Positions 23,923-37,546 of a DNA stretch of 64,000 nt are shown one piece after another. Origin of the DNA: Octopus sinensis. Taxonomy: Eukaryota. The translations under genes were made by a program, and so were the position numbers. Positions within the stretch are counted from its first letter, which is position 1, and each line of letters begins with the position of its first letter. Under the pieces are notes generated by a model, which worked only from the letters and a program-made list of their open reading frames with translations, searched no databases and was not told the DNA's origin. Location of the stretch: positions 88,474,001 through 88,538,000 of the forward strand of contig NC_042998.1 in assembly GCF_006345805.1 (NCBI RefSeq), read 5' to 3'.

Positions 23923-24425
23923 CATCATCATTTAATGTCCATTGTCCATGCTGGCATGGGTTGTATGATTTGCCCAGAGCTGGTCAGCTGAGGGGCAGCA
24001 CCAGTCTCTGGTCTGATTTGGCTTGGTTTCTACAGCTGGCTGCCCTTCCTAATGCCACCCACTCCAAGAGTGCATTGGGTGCTTTTATGTGCCACCAGCA
24101 CGGGTGCCAATTGCATGACACCAGTGTTTGCCACAACTATGATTTCACTTGGCTTGATGGGTCTTCTACTCAAGCACGGCACATTCTTTTCTACTCTTGA
24201 TACAAGACCTGAAATTTGCAGGGAGAGGCCTAGTCGATTAGATCAACCCCAGCACACAACTGGTATTTAATTTATCTACCCCGAAGGATGAAAGGCAAAG
24301 ATGACCTCAGCAGATGAAATACTGCTAAGCATTTCGCCCGGTATGCTAACGTTTCTGCCAGCAAACCACCTTTCAAGCACAGCATATTGCCACAGATCTT
24401 GGTAATTTGTCATTGCCTCTGTGAG
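23923..24425 (-). mobile_element. RTE-type 3' tail interrupted by SINE A (24186-24372)
   Basis: catcatcatttaatgtcc tail; the inserted SINE is flanked by tcaagcacggcacatt / tcaagcacagcatatt. Confidence 0.75.
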
Positions 24426-24444
24426 GCCCAATGCTCGAAAGGAA

Positions 24445-24479
24445 TATATATATCTATATATATATATATATACACATAT

Positions 24480-24533
<54 letters not shown>

Positions 24534-24544
24534 TATATATATAT

Positions 24545-24587
<43 letters not shown>

Positions 24588-24594
24588 ATATATA

Positions 24595-24672
<78 letters not shown>

Positions 24673-24705
24673 GATATATGTATATATATATATATATATA
24701 CATAC
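24445..24705. repeat. Long imperfect (TA)n tract
   Basis: Direct reading. Confidence 0.95.
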
Positions 24706-24719
24706 ACTAGGTCCCCAGA

Positions 24720-25434
24720 TTTATGACACCCAAGACTTCTACAACCAGAATTTGCCATTTTCCTGACCACCATGTTCGGTCCGTAACTACTATATATCCC
24801 TTATCCTTACATTCTTTTACATTCCTACACTCTTATACCCTTATACTTCTGATAATTTTTTTATTTTTTTTAAATTTTTTATTTGTTATTTTTTATTTTC
24901 TTTATTCTTTATTTTTTTATTTTTTTATAACTTTATACCTTTATATTCATTTATATTTTTTTATATTTTTTATATCTCTTTATATCTTTATACTCTACAT
25001 TTTTATATTTTTCTATACTTACACTTTTTATATATTTTTTATCCTTCGTCCTGAATTCTCGCCCCTCCATCTTTATCTCTATTTGCTCTTATTACCAGGT
25101 TCCTTCACGGCTGTCTGTATTTATATATTTATATATGTATATATTTATTTATTCATTTATTTATATTACCTCAACATCCAAACTTCCTCATTCTACATTG
25201 AGAGAAGAACGAGATGGATGCTTCATTTTTATGCTGTTGCCGCATTATGTCGTACGCGAATGAGAGGATTTGCATCCCCAACCAAGAATTTTTGATGTAA
25301 TACATGTCCTTGAGGAAGTAGTTGTGCGCAGCTGAAGAAGGCCACAGACACACATTATGCATTGTTATAAATCCGTCTAATAAAGGCCCGAAACATATGT
25401 ACCACTGAATCCTTGGCATCATGTTTTTATTTTG

Positions 25435-25440
<6 letters not shown>
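24720..25440 (+). mobile_element. Probable PLE 3' terminal region with degenerate hammerhead motif
   Basis: T-rich tract followed by CTGAAGA-AGGCC...GGCCC-GAAAC-ATAT-GTA at 25332-25401; no coding motif recognised. Confidence 0.4.
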
Positions 25441-25527
<87 letters not shown>

Positions 25528-25540
25528 CATATATATATAT

Positions 25541-25613
<73 letters not shown>

Positions 25614-26170
25614 CGACTGTGCTGGTATGGTCATGTGCTGTGTATGGATGAAGAGAGATGTGTGAAGAAGTGTCACTCCCTAACAGTGGAAGGGACCCAT
25701 GGAAGAGGGAGAGCCAGAAAGACTTGGGATGAGGTGGTGAAGCATGACCTTCAAACGTTGGGCCTCACAGAGGCAATGACAAAAGACGAAGACCTCTTGA
25801 GATATGCTATGATTGAGAAGACACGGCAAGTAAAGTGATATCACAGCCGCAGCTTATACCAGTGTCATATAACCAGCCTATTTACAAAGTACCTTTGAAT
25901 CATTGGGTGACAGGCCGTGTTTGAGGAGGCCTATTGAGTCAAGTAAAATCAAAATCAAAAATCAAATCAAAAATCAAATCGCAATCAAATGGAAATTGTA
26001 CTTGTGGCTGATGTTAGTGCTGTCTGACTGGATCTCATGCTAGTGGCATGCAATAAGCACCATTCATGCGTGGGTCATTACCAGTCCCACCTGAGTGGCT
26101 CCCCATGCCGGTGGCACATAAAAGGCACCATACAAACGTGGTCGATGTCAGCAATGTAGGCGATGATAAT
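25614..26170 (+). mobile_element. RTE LINE C-terminus and 3' UTR
   Basis: [20 protein letters not shown]...[17 protein letters not shown]...; UTR carries the ggtggcacRtaaaaRgcacca unit. Confidence 0.85.
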
Positions 26171-26576
26171 GATGATACACACACACACAAACACATGCAC
26201 ATGTGCACACACATATATATTATGATGTTGTGTGTGTAATGTTAAATCACAAGTAAATTGTAAAATCAAGGTGTCTGTGGAGGCACATGGTTTAGTGATT
26301 AGGGTGTTGGACTCATTATTATATGATCACGGTTTCAGTTCCTGGACTGGGCAACGCATTATGTTTTTGAGCAAGACACTTCATTCCATATTGCTCCAGT
26401 CCACTCAGCTAGTATAAATAAGTTATCCTTTGAAGGACTGGCATTCTGTCCAGTTTGCATACATATATATCATGGAAACCAGGAAACTGCCCTGATGTGT
26501 CTATATAATTTGAGAAATAACTTTACCTTTTTTTACTTCAAGGTTTGTTTGATTGTTGTTCTCAACTACAATAGAT

Positions 26577-26817
26577 ATTCTTTTCTACTTCTGGCACAAG
26601 GCCTGAAATTTGTTGGGGTTGGGAGGGGCACTCGTTAAGATCAACCCCAATACACAACTGGTACGTAATTTATCGACCCCAAAAGGATGAAAGGCAAAGT
26701 CGACCTCAGCAGAATTTGAACTCAGAATGTAAAGACAGACAAAATACCACCAAGCACTTCACCCGGCATGCTAATGTTTCTGCCAGCTCATTGCCTTTCC
26801 CAACTACAATAGATAGC
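26577..26817 (-). mobile_element. SINE family A, CpG-decayed
   Basis: Full core with many CG to CA/TG changes. Confidence 0.8.
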
Positions 26818-26923
26818 TTTGCATATGGCACGATCCTCAGGAATAAGCTACCACTCATGAACTTCAAGGTGAAATCATTTTTATTTTTTATATTTATTTC
26901 ATATACTTATACGTCATCATCAA

Positions 26924-26924
<1 letters not shown>

Positions 26925-26965
<41 letters not shown>

Positions 26966-27305
26966 TTAACGTCCATTGTCCATGCTGGCATAGGCTGGAC
27001 AGTTTGACTAGGCTGGCAAGCTGGAAGGCTGCACCAGGTTCCCATCTGATTTGGCATGGTTTTCTGTGGTTTGATGCCTTTCTTAACGCCAACCACTCCA
27101 AGAGTGTAATGGGTGCTTTTACATGCCACTGGCACAGGTGCCATTTAAGTGAAACCAGTATCTGCCATGACTGTAATTTTGTTTGGTTTGATGGGTCTTC
27201 TTCTCAAGCACAACATAATGCCAAAGGTCTTGGTCATTGCCTCTGTGAGGCCCTATGCTTGAAAGGAACTCAGCTACCTCCCCTCTGTGAGGCCCAACAC
27301 AGGTA
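26925..27305 (-). mobile_element. RTE-type 3' tail
   Basis: (CAT)n-ttaacgtccattgtccatgctggc...gatgcctttcttaacgccaacc. Confidence 0.75.
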
Positions 27306-27542
27306 CAGATATTTAATTATATCTTTATCTTTTATATTTTATGGGTCTTAGTCATTAGTCTGCAGCCATGCTGGCATACCTACCACCTTGAAGAATTTTA
27401 GGAATTTTAGTCAAACAATCAATCGCAGTACTTTTTGGCAAAGCCAAAGCACCAAATTACAGGGATGTAAACAAACCAACACTGGTTGTCATGTAGCGGT
27501 GGGGGATGAACACAAACACAAAGACACATACATATACATACT

Positions 27543-27606
<64 letters not shown>

Positions 27607-28628
27607 ATATTATAATATATATATATATATATGTAGTATATGTAGTATATGTACACACACACATACACACACACACACATATATATATATAAAAGGTATT
27701 GGTATCTAGAAGACCCAAAGAGTGGGAGGTAATGCTAAGTGCTAGGGACAGACCATGGTTCGATAGTGATACGAATGAGGAGTTTAATGTGGGTCTTGTA
27801 TTAGCATGCATATATACATGTATATACATATGATGGGCTTCTTTCAGTTTCTGTCTACCAAATCCATTCTCAAGGCTTTTGTTGGCCTGAGGCTATAATA
27901 GAAGACACTTGCTCAAAGTGCCACTCAGTGAGACTGAACACAGAACCATGTGTTTGGGAAGCAAGCCTTTTACCACACAGCCATGCTTATACCTATTGTG
28001 AAAAATATGGAACGCTTCACAAATTTGCGTGTTATCCTTGCATATGTACAGATATTTACGTATATAAATCTACAGATATTTAGATCATCATATCACCATC
28101 ATCATCCTCATCCTCATTGAACGCCTATTTTCCATGCTGGAATGAGTTGGATGGTTTGACAGGAACTGGCCAGCTGAAGAGCTTTCTGGGCTTCATGTCT
28201 GTTTTGACACAAGCACAAGTGAAGTCAGTTTTGTCAAGGGTTTTATAGCTGGATGCCCTTCCTATCACCAACCAGTTTACAGAGTGTACTGGGTGCTTTT
28301 ACACAGCACCAGCATAGGTGCATTTACATAGAACCAGGTGCTTTTCACATGGCACCAGCACCCACAAGCCCACAAGGTTAGGAATGCTCAGCTGGAGAGG
28401 GATTGCAGAGGACAGCCACACTTTTACTTAGCTTGACGTATCTTTTCAAGCAAACTGCCAGAAGTCTCGATCCCCTGCCATCCCCTAACCAGGGAAACAA
28501 AACTATGCAACATTCTATGACAACTACACCTTTCTTATTGGGCATAAGGTATGTAAGTTGAACAATGGCTGCAAATCAAAGTTAATGACTTTTAATAGAA
28601 CAGAAAATCAAAGGAAGTTGCACATTCG

Positions 28629-29039
28629 GTGCAGCTGTTGCTGTGTGGTAAGAAGCTTACTTCCAAAGCACATGATTTCAGGTTCAGCCCCACTGCATAG
28701 CACCTTGGACAAATGTCTTCTACCATAGCCTCAGGCTGACCAAAGCCTTCTGAGTGGATTTGATAAGTGAAAACTGAATGAAGAAGCCTGACATGTGTGT
28801 GTGTGTGTGTCTTTGTATCTGTGTGTCTCTCTCTCCAACCACAGATTAACAACTAGTACTGGTGTGTTTACATCCCCTGTAACTTGGTGGTTCAACAAAA
28901 AAACAGATAGAATAAGTACCAGGTTTTAAAAAAATTAAGTACTGGGGTCGATTCATTTGACTAAAAGCTCTTGAAGGTGGTGCCCCAGTATGACCACAGT
29001 CTAATGACTGAAACAAGTAAAAGATAAATGATAAAAGAT
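28629..29039 (+). mobile_element. Complete SINE family B: tRNA head, microsatellite, LINE-shared tail
   Basis: Head gctgtgtggtaagaagc...ggttcagcccc; tail ggtggtgccccagtatgaccacagtctaatgactgaaacaagtaaaaga. Confidence 0.82.
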
Positions 29040-29060
29040 TAGAGAGAGATGATGAGTGAG

Positions 29061-29396
29061 TGTTATATCCTTATGGATAAATGAATACACTGCAACAGTA
29101 TAATAACAATACAGTTGAAACAAACGGCAGTAACCACACGGAATGTTACAACAATCTTTTAAGAACCAACAATACAACACGCTAACTCAAACTGTAAACT
29201 TTGAAGTCCAACTTTGAACTATCAACACACGAACTGTGGAACTTGCATGAATTACCTCACTTACTCAAACTGCTGCTATTTATATGTAGTGGTCCAGTCC
29301 ATTCTCACCAGGGTGGGGAAGCATTGTACTCTCGCACAACAGTGAGAAACATTCATGCAGAGACAGTAAGACAACTACCCTTAGAGCCCACTAACA
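29061..29396 (-). mobile_element. Probable solo LTR
   Basis: TGTTA...TAACA termini, tataaatag TATA-like box on the minus strand, related to 60065-60317; no clear TSD. Confidence 0.5.
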
Positions 29397-29879
29397 ACAG
29401 ATATAAGTTCCAAAAACTGGCTGTGGGTTGATCATGGACATGATAACAAAATATAGGAGAAAAGAAAAGTGTAAAAAGCATAAAAATCAAAGGAAGAATC
29501 AAAGGAATTCTATTGATCGCAGGGCTGCAATAAGTCACCAATATTAAACTTCAAACCAAGGTCCCTACATAGTCTTGCCATTATACCTGAATCTTGTTTT
29601 GATTATGGGCTGCATGTAGAAGCTGGTTTATTATTGTCAGTCTTATCTTAAATTCATTATAATAATAATGGTTTCAAGTTTTGATACAAGACCAGCAAGT
29701 TTGGAGGATGGAGTAAATTATTTACATTGACCCCCAGTGCTCAACCACTACTCATTTTATTGACCCCAAAAAGATGAAAGTCAAAGTCAATATCAGCAGA
29801 ATTTTGACTCAGAAAAAAAAGACAGACAAAATGCTGCTAAGCTTTTTGCTTGGTGTGCTAATTTATTATCATAATAGTG

Positions 29880-30285
29880 TGATCATTGCCAGTGCAATGG
29901 ATTGGCTCCCGTGCTGGTGACATGTGAAAAGCACCATTCAAGTGTGATCGTTGCCAGTGTCGCTTTACCAGCACATGTGCTGGTGGCACATGAAAAACAA
30001 CATTTGAGCATGGTCATTGCCAGTGTCGCTGGACTGGCTCCCGGGCAGGTAGCACGTAAAAACACCTTTTGAGTGTGGTTGTTGCCAGAGCCACCTGACT
30101 GGCCCCTCATGCCGGTGGCACGTAAAAGCATCCACTACACTCTCGGAGTGGTTGGCATTAGGAAGGGCATCCAGCTTTAGAAACTTTGCCAGATCAGATT
30201 GAGCCTGGTGCAGCCTCTGGTTCACCAGTCCTCAGTCAAACTGTCCAACCCATGCCAGCATGGAAAGTGGACGATGATGATGATG
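29880..30285 (+). mobile_element. RTE-type 3' UTR and tail
   Basis: Repeated gtggcacRtRaaaagcacc units then ggcattaggaagggcatccagc...(GAT)n. Confidence 0.78.
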
Positions 30286-30822
30286 AATACAAAAATTAAT
30301 AGTCAGGTAAATATTTTATTTGACAAAACCAGATTAGTGAAGGCACATGGTCCAGTGACTAGAGTATTGGGCTTGTGACCATCAGGTAGTGAGTTCAGTT
30401 CTTGAATTGGGTGGAATATTCTTTCTTTCAGCAACAGACTTTATTTTTTATTGTTCCAGTACACTCAGCTGAAAATAAATACCAGTGACATTTGGAGGAG
30501 TCATGTATTCTCAGTCTAAACATTTTAAAAATTCAGATAACACTGACCTCATGAATGAATGTATTTAAGGTAGACTAAACTAGCATAGTTTCATGTGTAT
30601 AAACTATGCATCATTTTAACTAAATACTTGATATCCTTTTACATTTTTATCCTATTAACCACATTATTACATATTTTTATATATTATTATATCTTTTTAT
30701 ATAAATTATTTATTGTATAATATTTTATCATATTATATTTTATTGAATGTACACTGAATACATATTGAATCTACTGAATACTTGATGTTCTCTAATAATT
30801 CTTCATTTTATTATAATTTCAG

Positions 30823-31173
30823 TGTATTGCTGTGCCAGTGGTTGGTAAATTTAAGCGTGGTTCCTATCGGTGCCAGTGCAAGTCAGGCTATTACTTTCCT
30901 ATGATCAATGCTAGCCATAGCTATTTTAATGGAACATTGGTTGAAAATCAACTACTGGAACGGTTGAGAAATGGATCAGGTCACTCTGATCATTTCTTGG
31001 ACTCTTTCCAATGCCTACCATGTCGTAAAGGATGCCCAAATTGCGTTGATGATCAGCCATGCTTTGTTGAATACAACATTTTATTAAGAGGCATACCACT
31101 TGGAATACAGAGTTTTTGCATGACTATTACAATTGTCTTAGGACTAGTTGTCTTTCGTCTAAGAAAGACCAAG
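30823..31173 (+). CDS. GPR158-like: GPCR exon A: Cys-rich/EGF-like linker and TM1 (CIAVPVVGK...FRLRKTK)
   Basis: tttcag acceptor at 30821-22; 351 nt open frame; AAG|gtaagt donor. Confidence 0.95.
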
Positions 31174-34173
31174 GTAAGTGTTGTGGCATGTTCTTTTACT
31201 TTTACAAGAATTAAAATGTAACATCTGATTTAGCAAGTTTTTCAGATAATTTTTGGATTTAGAGTAAAATCAAGGTTTAAACAATCAGTGGGTTTTGTCA
31301 AATAAAAATATTACTTTATTTCATCAACACCAGCTCTTACTTCAAATTTCACTGGTAAGAACAGAAAAGATATTTAACTGTGACAATCTAGTCTAAAAAT
31401 TAATATGCAAATATTGGAATTTGTGAATTCCATTTTCTGTCTTATTAAGAAACTTTCTGTGGTGGAAAAGCTTCAATACTGACCCATTACTAGTTTATGA
31501 CCTTTGTTTCTTCTTTACTAATGATAAAACTGACTTTATTCGTAACTAGTAGTATAGCCCAGTGTTGCACGGGTTTGTTTTTTAGTTGTGCTTAAAACGA
31601 TAGACTTTGATGTTGCGTTTACAAAGTTTTGACATAGTTTCAATCTATGAATAAAAGTATAGTGTAGCGATGCTCGAGTTTGCTCTGAATGTGCATTGGA
31701 TCAGCTGATCTGTCGTTTACTCAAAACCAATGACATCACAAAAAAATTCTTTTTGACCCTTTAGAATTGAAATTTTTGAAAAGTAAAAATTTTGCATTAT
31801 GTAGCTTGTTATTTTCTTTAAGTGAACATTTTTCTGGTTGAAATACACAGAAAAAGGGTGACACAGCAGTCAAAAATCGAAAAAATAGGGATTTTCATAG
31901 AAAAAAAGCACTTTTTTGATGTAAATAATTTTTGATCTTAACGTGGTCTGATTTGAATTTTTCTTCTACGGAATGAAGAGCAAGCCTTCTATCATACTCT
32001 CCATTTTGGTCAACTTGTATCACAGGGTCTTGGAGGAGATAGTGTTAGTTGAAGGCTACCAAACCTGCCACACAGACACAGACAACTTCAGCTTTACATA
32101 TATAGATTTATCAATCGTCAGCACTTTCTACTTTAATCCATCTGCTTCAATGACCACTCTCTTTTCTTAATATCTTTGACTCTGCTACACTTTGTGAATT
32201 CCACACCCAACATCATATACAGACCTTCTGAATAAGGGCTTCTATTCAATGGAACACTAACTCTGTAATGTGTTCTGATCACTGGCTGGCAATATTTTTA
32301 TCACTACATCATTTTAATTCTTTTCACTCAAAAGGACCCTTAAGCTGGACCTCTAAGAGGAATTTGGTAAGACAGAACAAGACATCTTTCAGGCCTTATA
32401 AAAGTGGATGAGAATCTTCCCAATATTGAAGTGATATATGAAGGGGATTTTTTGTTTGTTTTTAATGAGGGATCCAATTGATAGCAATGGTCCCTTACTT
32501 GACACTTCAAGCTCTAGACCAATGTACTGGCTGATCCTCTACCCCTTATACACTCCACCATGTAGTATCCTTACTTCTTGGATATGATAAAAGTTTGATT
32601 ATTTATAATCAACATAGCTACATAATTGTTTATTGGCCATGTTGTCTTGGTGTTTATTATTAACAGTGAAGCATTATAATATTAGTTCCTCACATTCGTA
32701 CAAGACCTCAGATTTGTGGAAGAATAATAAAGTCAGTGGTACTTAATTTATTAATGCTGGTGGGATGGAAATAAAGTCAAACCTTAAAGAATTTGTATTC
32801 AATCTAAAGGGACAAATGTGGGAACTACATTTATTCTGGTATTCTTTTTCTTTACTTTCATTCAATATTAAATTTAAACTTCATTTTAAATTTATCTTTT
32901 CTTAATGGAGATTCAACTATGATTTACACTTTATTGAAAGGTATGTCAAGGGTCAACTCCTTGAATTAAGCACATTCTATACAGTTATATAATATTTAAA
33001 ACCATGTTTTATGAGCCCTCTTTCGTTTTGGTTTATGAAGAGATCTCAGTTCCACTAATTTAAAGTTGAAAAATACTTAGATCAACAAAATGTCTTGTCC
33101 CATCTTTTCAAAGTTTCTTACAAAACTGATTTATCATTACAAATATATAATTCTCCCAAAGTCAAGTTTAAGTTGTTCGTTGTCTGACAAGACTGACATT
33201 GGCTCATTTGCAAAAATTATTCTGTTTTCTGATAAGAGAGTATAAAGAAAACTGGCATAAATTAATGTAAGAAGTATTATGAGAATTCAAAGAATCTGTA
33301 TTCAGTGATGTGAAACTCTTTACTATCAGTTTTAATAAACAAGCATTCACAACTTTTGATTAACAGCTGGATGGATATATGAATATGCAGATTGGATTTT
33401 TAAAGTCATTTCTTTTCCCTAGAAAGATAGGGAATCAGTGATAGAATGTAAAATTTACTTGAGCATACAACTATAAATAGCTTATTAAAAGAAATTTTTC
33501 TATGAGTTGAGGCCACAAACATGTTTTCATTTCTCATTCCTCTTACTTTGCTTCATTATGATGCTAATTCCTTTGGAAGAAGAAAAGAAGTAAAAATGTT
33601 ACACAATCTTAATCTCCAGCTGTATAAATATTGTTGTGACTCCATTCGGTCATGAATGTCCATGGGATTTCACCTAGAAGGTTACCCTCCAAGGCACAAG
33701 TCTGGGCAAGGTTGTTTATGGAAGACCAGCAGTCACCCATGCATACCAGCTTCTCTTCTCCACACCACCGATGTTACCCAAGGGAAAGGCAAAGGGCGAT
33801 ACAGCTTGGCAGCTCATTTATGGTGCAGCTCATTTATTAACATGCAAGTGGCTGAGCACTACACAGACATGTGTGCCCTTAATGCAGTTCTCGGGAAGAT
33901 TCAGCATGACACAGAGTGTGACAAGGCTGGCCCTTTGAAATACAGGTACAACAGAAACAGGAAGAAAGTGTGAGAGAAAGTTGTGGTGAAAGAGTACAGC
34001 AGAATTCACACACACCCCTGCCAGAGCCTCGTGGGGTTTTAGGTGTTTTCACTCAATAAACACTCACAATGCCCAGTCTGGGAATTGAAACCGCGATCCT
34101 ATGACTGCGAGTCCACTGCCCTAACCACTGGGCCATTGCGCCTCCACTGTATAAATATATTATACATATATAT

Positions 34174-34267
<94 letters not shown>

Positions 34268-34490
34268 TCATCATCATCATTTAACGTTCGCTTTCCATGC
34301 TGGCATGGGTTGAACGATTTGACTAAGGTCTGGAGAACCAGATGGCTGCACAGACTCCAATCTGATCTGGAGAGTTTCTACAGTTGGATGCCCTTCCTAA
34401 CGCCAACCACTCCGAGAGTGTAGTGGGTGCTTTTATGTGCCACCGACACGAGGGCCAGTCAGGCGGTACTGGCAACGGCCACACTCAAAT

Positions 34491-34529
<39 letters not shown>

Positions 34530-34727
34530 TAGTACCTTGGTTTTCAAACAACTCTAATCACAAATAAATTGTGTTTTATCTTCTGTCTTTCTCATATTCG
34601 TTCAATACAGTAGTACTTTAGTTTACGAATGCCTCTGATCATGAATAAATCATGCTTTATATATATATATATATATAAAGTACAATTTATTCATGATCAA
34701 AGTTGTTTAAAAACTAATGTACTACTG

Positions 34728-34759
<32 letters not shown>

Positions 34760-34859
34760 CACATGCATATACATATATATGCATGCACACATGCATGAAT
34801 GTATCATCATTATCATCATCATTGTTGTTTAACATCCGCTTTCCATTCGGCATGAGTTG

Positions 34860-34892
<33 letters not shown>

Positions 34893-37451
34893 TGTATGTA
34901 TATATGTATGTATGTAAGTATGTATGTGTGCATGTATGTATGTATGTATGTATGTATGTACATATTTCTTTTTTTTCTCCTTTAACATAAAAACTAATAT
35001 TTTCCATTCAAAATGTTTACAAAAGACATGGATGCTGCCCTTTTCTTCCTTTTCCTTAAAAGTCTTGATCCTCATGGTTACCACCCCATCATTCCCATTC
35101 TCCTTGACGTCCTTCTCCTCCTCATCATCAACATCATCATCATCATCATCATCATTGTTATCATCATCATTGCCTTCCACTTCTTCCGTCTCCTCATCAT
35201 CATCGTCCTCCTCCTCCTCCTCCTGCCTTACCTCTCTTCTGTCTGTTTCTCAATCAAGCCAATTTATTTATTATTTTGTTTGTTTACTTTTCCAGGTTAT
35301 TTGCAGCAGTTTCTGGGCAATGTTAGAACTTCTCCTTATTGGATCTTTATTGTTATATTCCACAGTAAGTAGAACCAATTTCACCATTTTTCAATACACC
35401 CACGCAAACTGGTAGAGCCAACAGCAAGCTGAAGCAATTTAGATGCCATACTAATATCTAAAACCTTTAGAGTTTCTATCTTGCTGCCATCAACACTTAT
35501 GTGTCCTTGATCAGGATTCTTAACTCATGCAATATTCTTTTCTACTCTAGGCACAAAGCTCAAAATTTTGGGGGAGAGGGCCAGTCAATTAGATGAACTC
35601 CAGTATGAAAATGGTACATAATTTATTGACCCTGAAAGGATGAAAGGCAAAGTCGACCGTGGCGGAATTTGAACTCGGAATGTAAAGACAGATGAAATAC
35701 AGCTAAGCATTTCACCTGGCATGCTAACGTTTCTGCCAGCTGGCCACCTTAAATATTCTTTTCTACTCCAGACACAAGGCCCGAAATTTTTGGGAAGGGG
35801 GCCAGTCGATTAGATCGACCCCAGTATGCAACTGGTACTCAATTTATCAACCCCAAAAGGATGAAAGACAAAGTCAACCATGACAAAATTTGAACTCAAA
35901 ACATAAAGACAGATGAAATACCACTAAGTATTTCTCCCGGCATGCTAACATTTCTGCCAACACGCCGCCTTTAACTCATGCAATATTAGTGCTGGTAATG
36001 GTGGATGGGTGGTGTTGGTAATGCTGGTTATTATAATAGTATTATCGTTTGTGTTGGTGGTGGTCTTGTTATTCTTGTTTGTATCAATGAAAGAAATAGT
36101 AGTCTGTTGTTGGTACTTTTGTAGTGTCTGTCAAATAAAGGTACCTGGCTTAATGGTTGGGGTATTTGGATCACAAACATAAGGTCATGAGTTTGATTCC
36201 AGGAGATGTGTTGTTTCCTTGAGCAAGACTCTTTATTTCACATCACTCCTGTTCACTGAGCTGACAAAATGAGTTCTACTTATAAGTCAAAAGGACAGCC
36301 TTGTCACATTCTGAGTCACACTGAATCTCTCAGAAAACTACATTGACGGTGCTTGTATTTATGGAGTGCTTAGCTACTTGCACTTTAATTTTACAAGGAG
36401 GCTGTCCCATTGATTAGATCAACTAGAATATTTATCATCATAACTAACGGTGCCACTATTCATAGTACTGACAGCAAGTATGTCATGGAAGAGGAGGTGG
36501 GCATAATATTTGTTATTAAAGTTAAGTCTTTCTCAAGCCTACAGTCTCATTTAGACCAGAGACTACCAAGGTTTGTGTGATAATTAAGTGGTTAAGCATA
36601 CAAAACTTCCTTCTCAATAGGGTATCAATCCATCTCAGGGTAAACCTCCATTCTGCTGCTAGAACTCATCTACAAATGTGAAATGAAGTGCTTTGCTTAA
36701 GGATACATCATACTCATAAGCTTAAGATCACAGGTTTCATTCTCTAACACCCAAACCAATAGGCCATTTTTTCACATAATATTTGTCGTAGCAATGGTAT
36801 AGTTGCTGCTGCCAGAGAAATCAAATAGTAAAATGAATTTGATCCTTTACAAGAATCAGTAATAATGAACAGAATTGTTGGATCTAATGAAACCATTTCA
36901 TTCTGATACTCTTGAAAAAGAAGACAGCCTTTATTAGGTTTGGAGCATAGATCGGGTTGGGTACCAAAAATCTAGATTGCCCTCCTTGGATATCTACTCT
37001 TTTGTAACAAGTATACTGAACTGGATACTTGTTATCATCTTCCAGACAATGGTCTTGACCATACATGTCCAAGGTGCTTTTGTGTAGCTTTGATTTCGTT
37101 GAATTAACAGAATCGTTAGCAAATCAGATAAAATGCTTAATGACATTTCTTCTAGCCCTTTACATTCTGAGTTCAAATACCATGGGAGTCAACTTTGCTT
37201 TTCATCCTTATGAGGTAATAAAGAAAGACCCAGTTGAGCATCGGGGTCAATGTAATCAACATGCTCTATCCCCTCAAAATTGCTGGCCTTGTACCAAAAT
37301 TTGAAACAAGGCATAGACATGACCCTCTCTCTCTCCATCTCCCTCTCATTCTGCCTCTCCTTCTTTCTCTATCTCATTCTTTCTCTCCTATCTCTTTCCT
37401 CTCTCTTTCTCTCTCTCCTCTCTCCTTCTCTCTCTCCTTCTCTCTCTCTCT

Positions 37452-37546
<95 letters not shown>

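Noticed and set aside
24723-25295. 190-aa F/I/Y/L-rich ORF
   Set aside because: It arises from a TTTTTA low-complexity tract in a probable TE terminal region; no protein motif is recognisable.
34070-34146. tRNA gene-like sequence with A and B boxes (also 20340-20411)
   Set aside because: It is the head of a SINE: no closing acceptor stem, and it continues into a repeat body.
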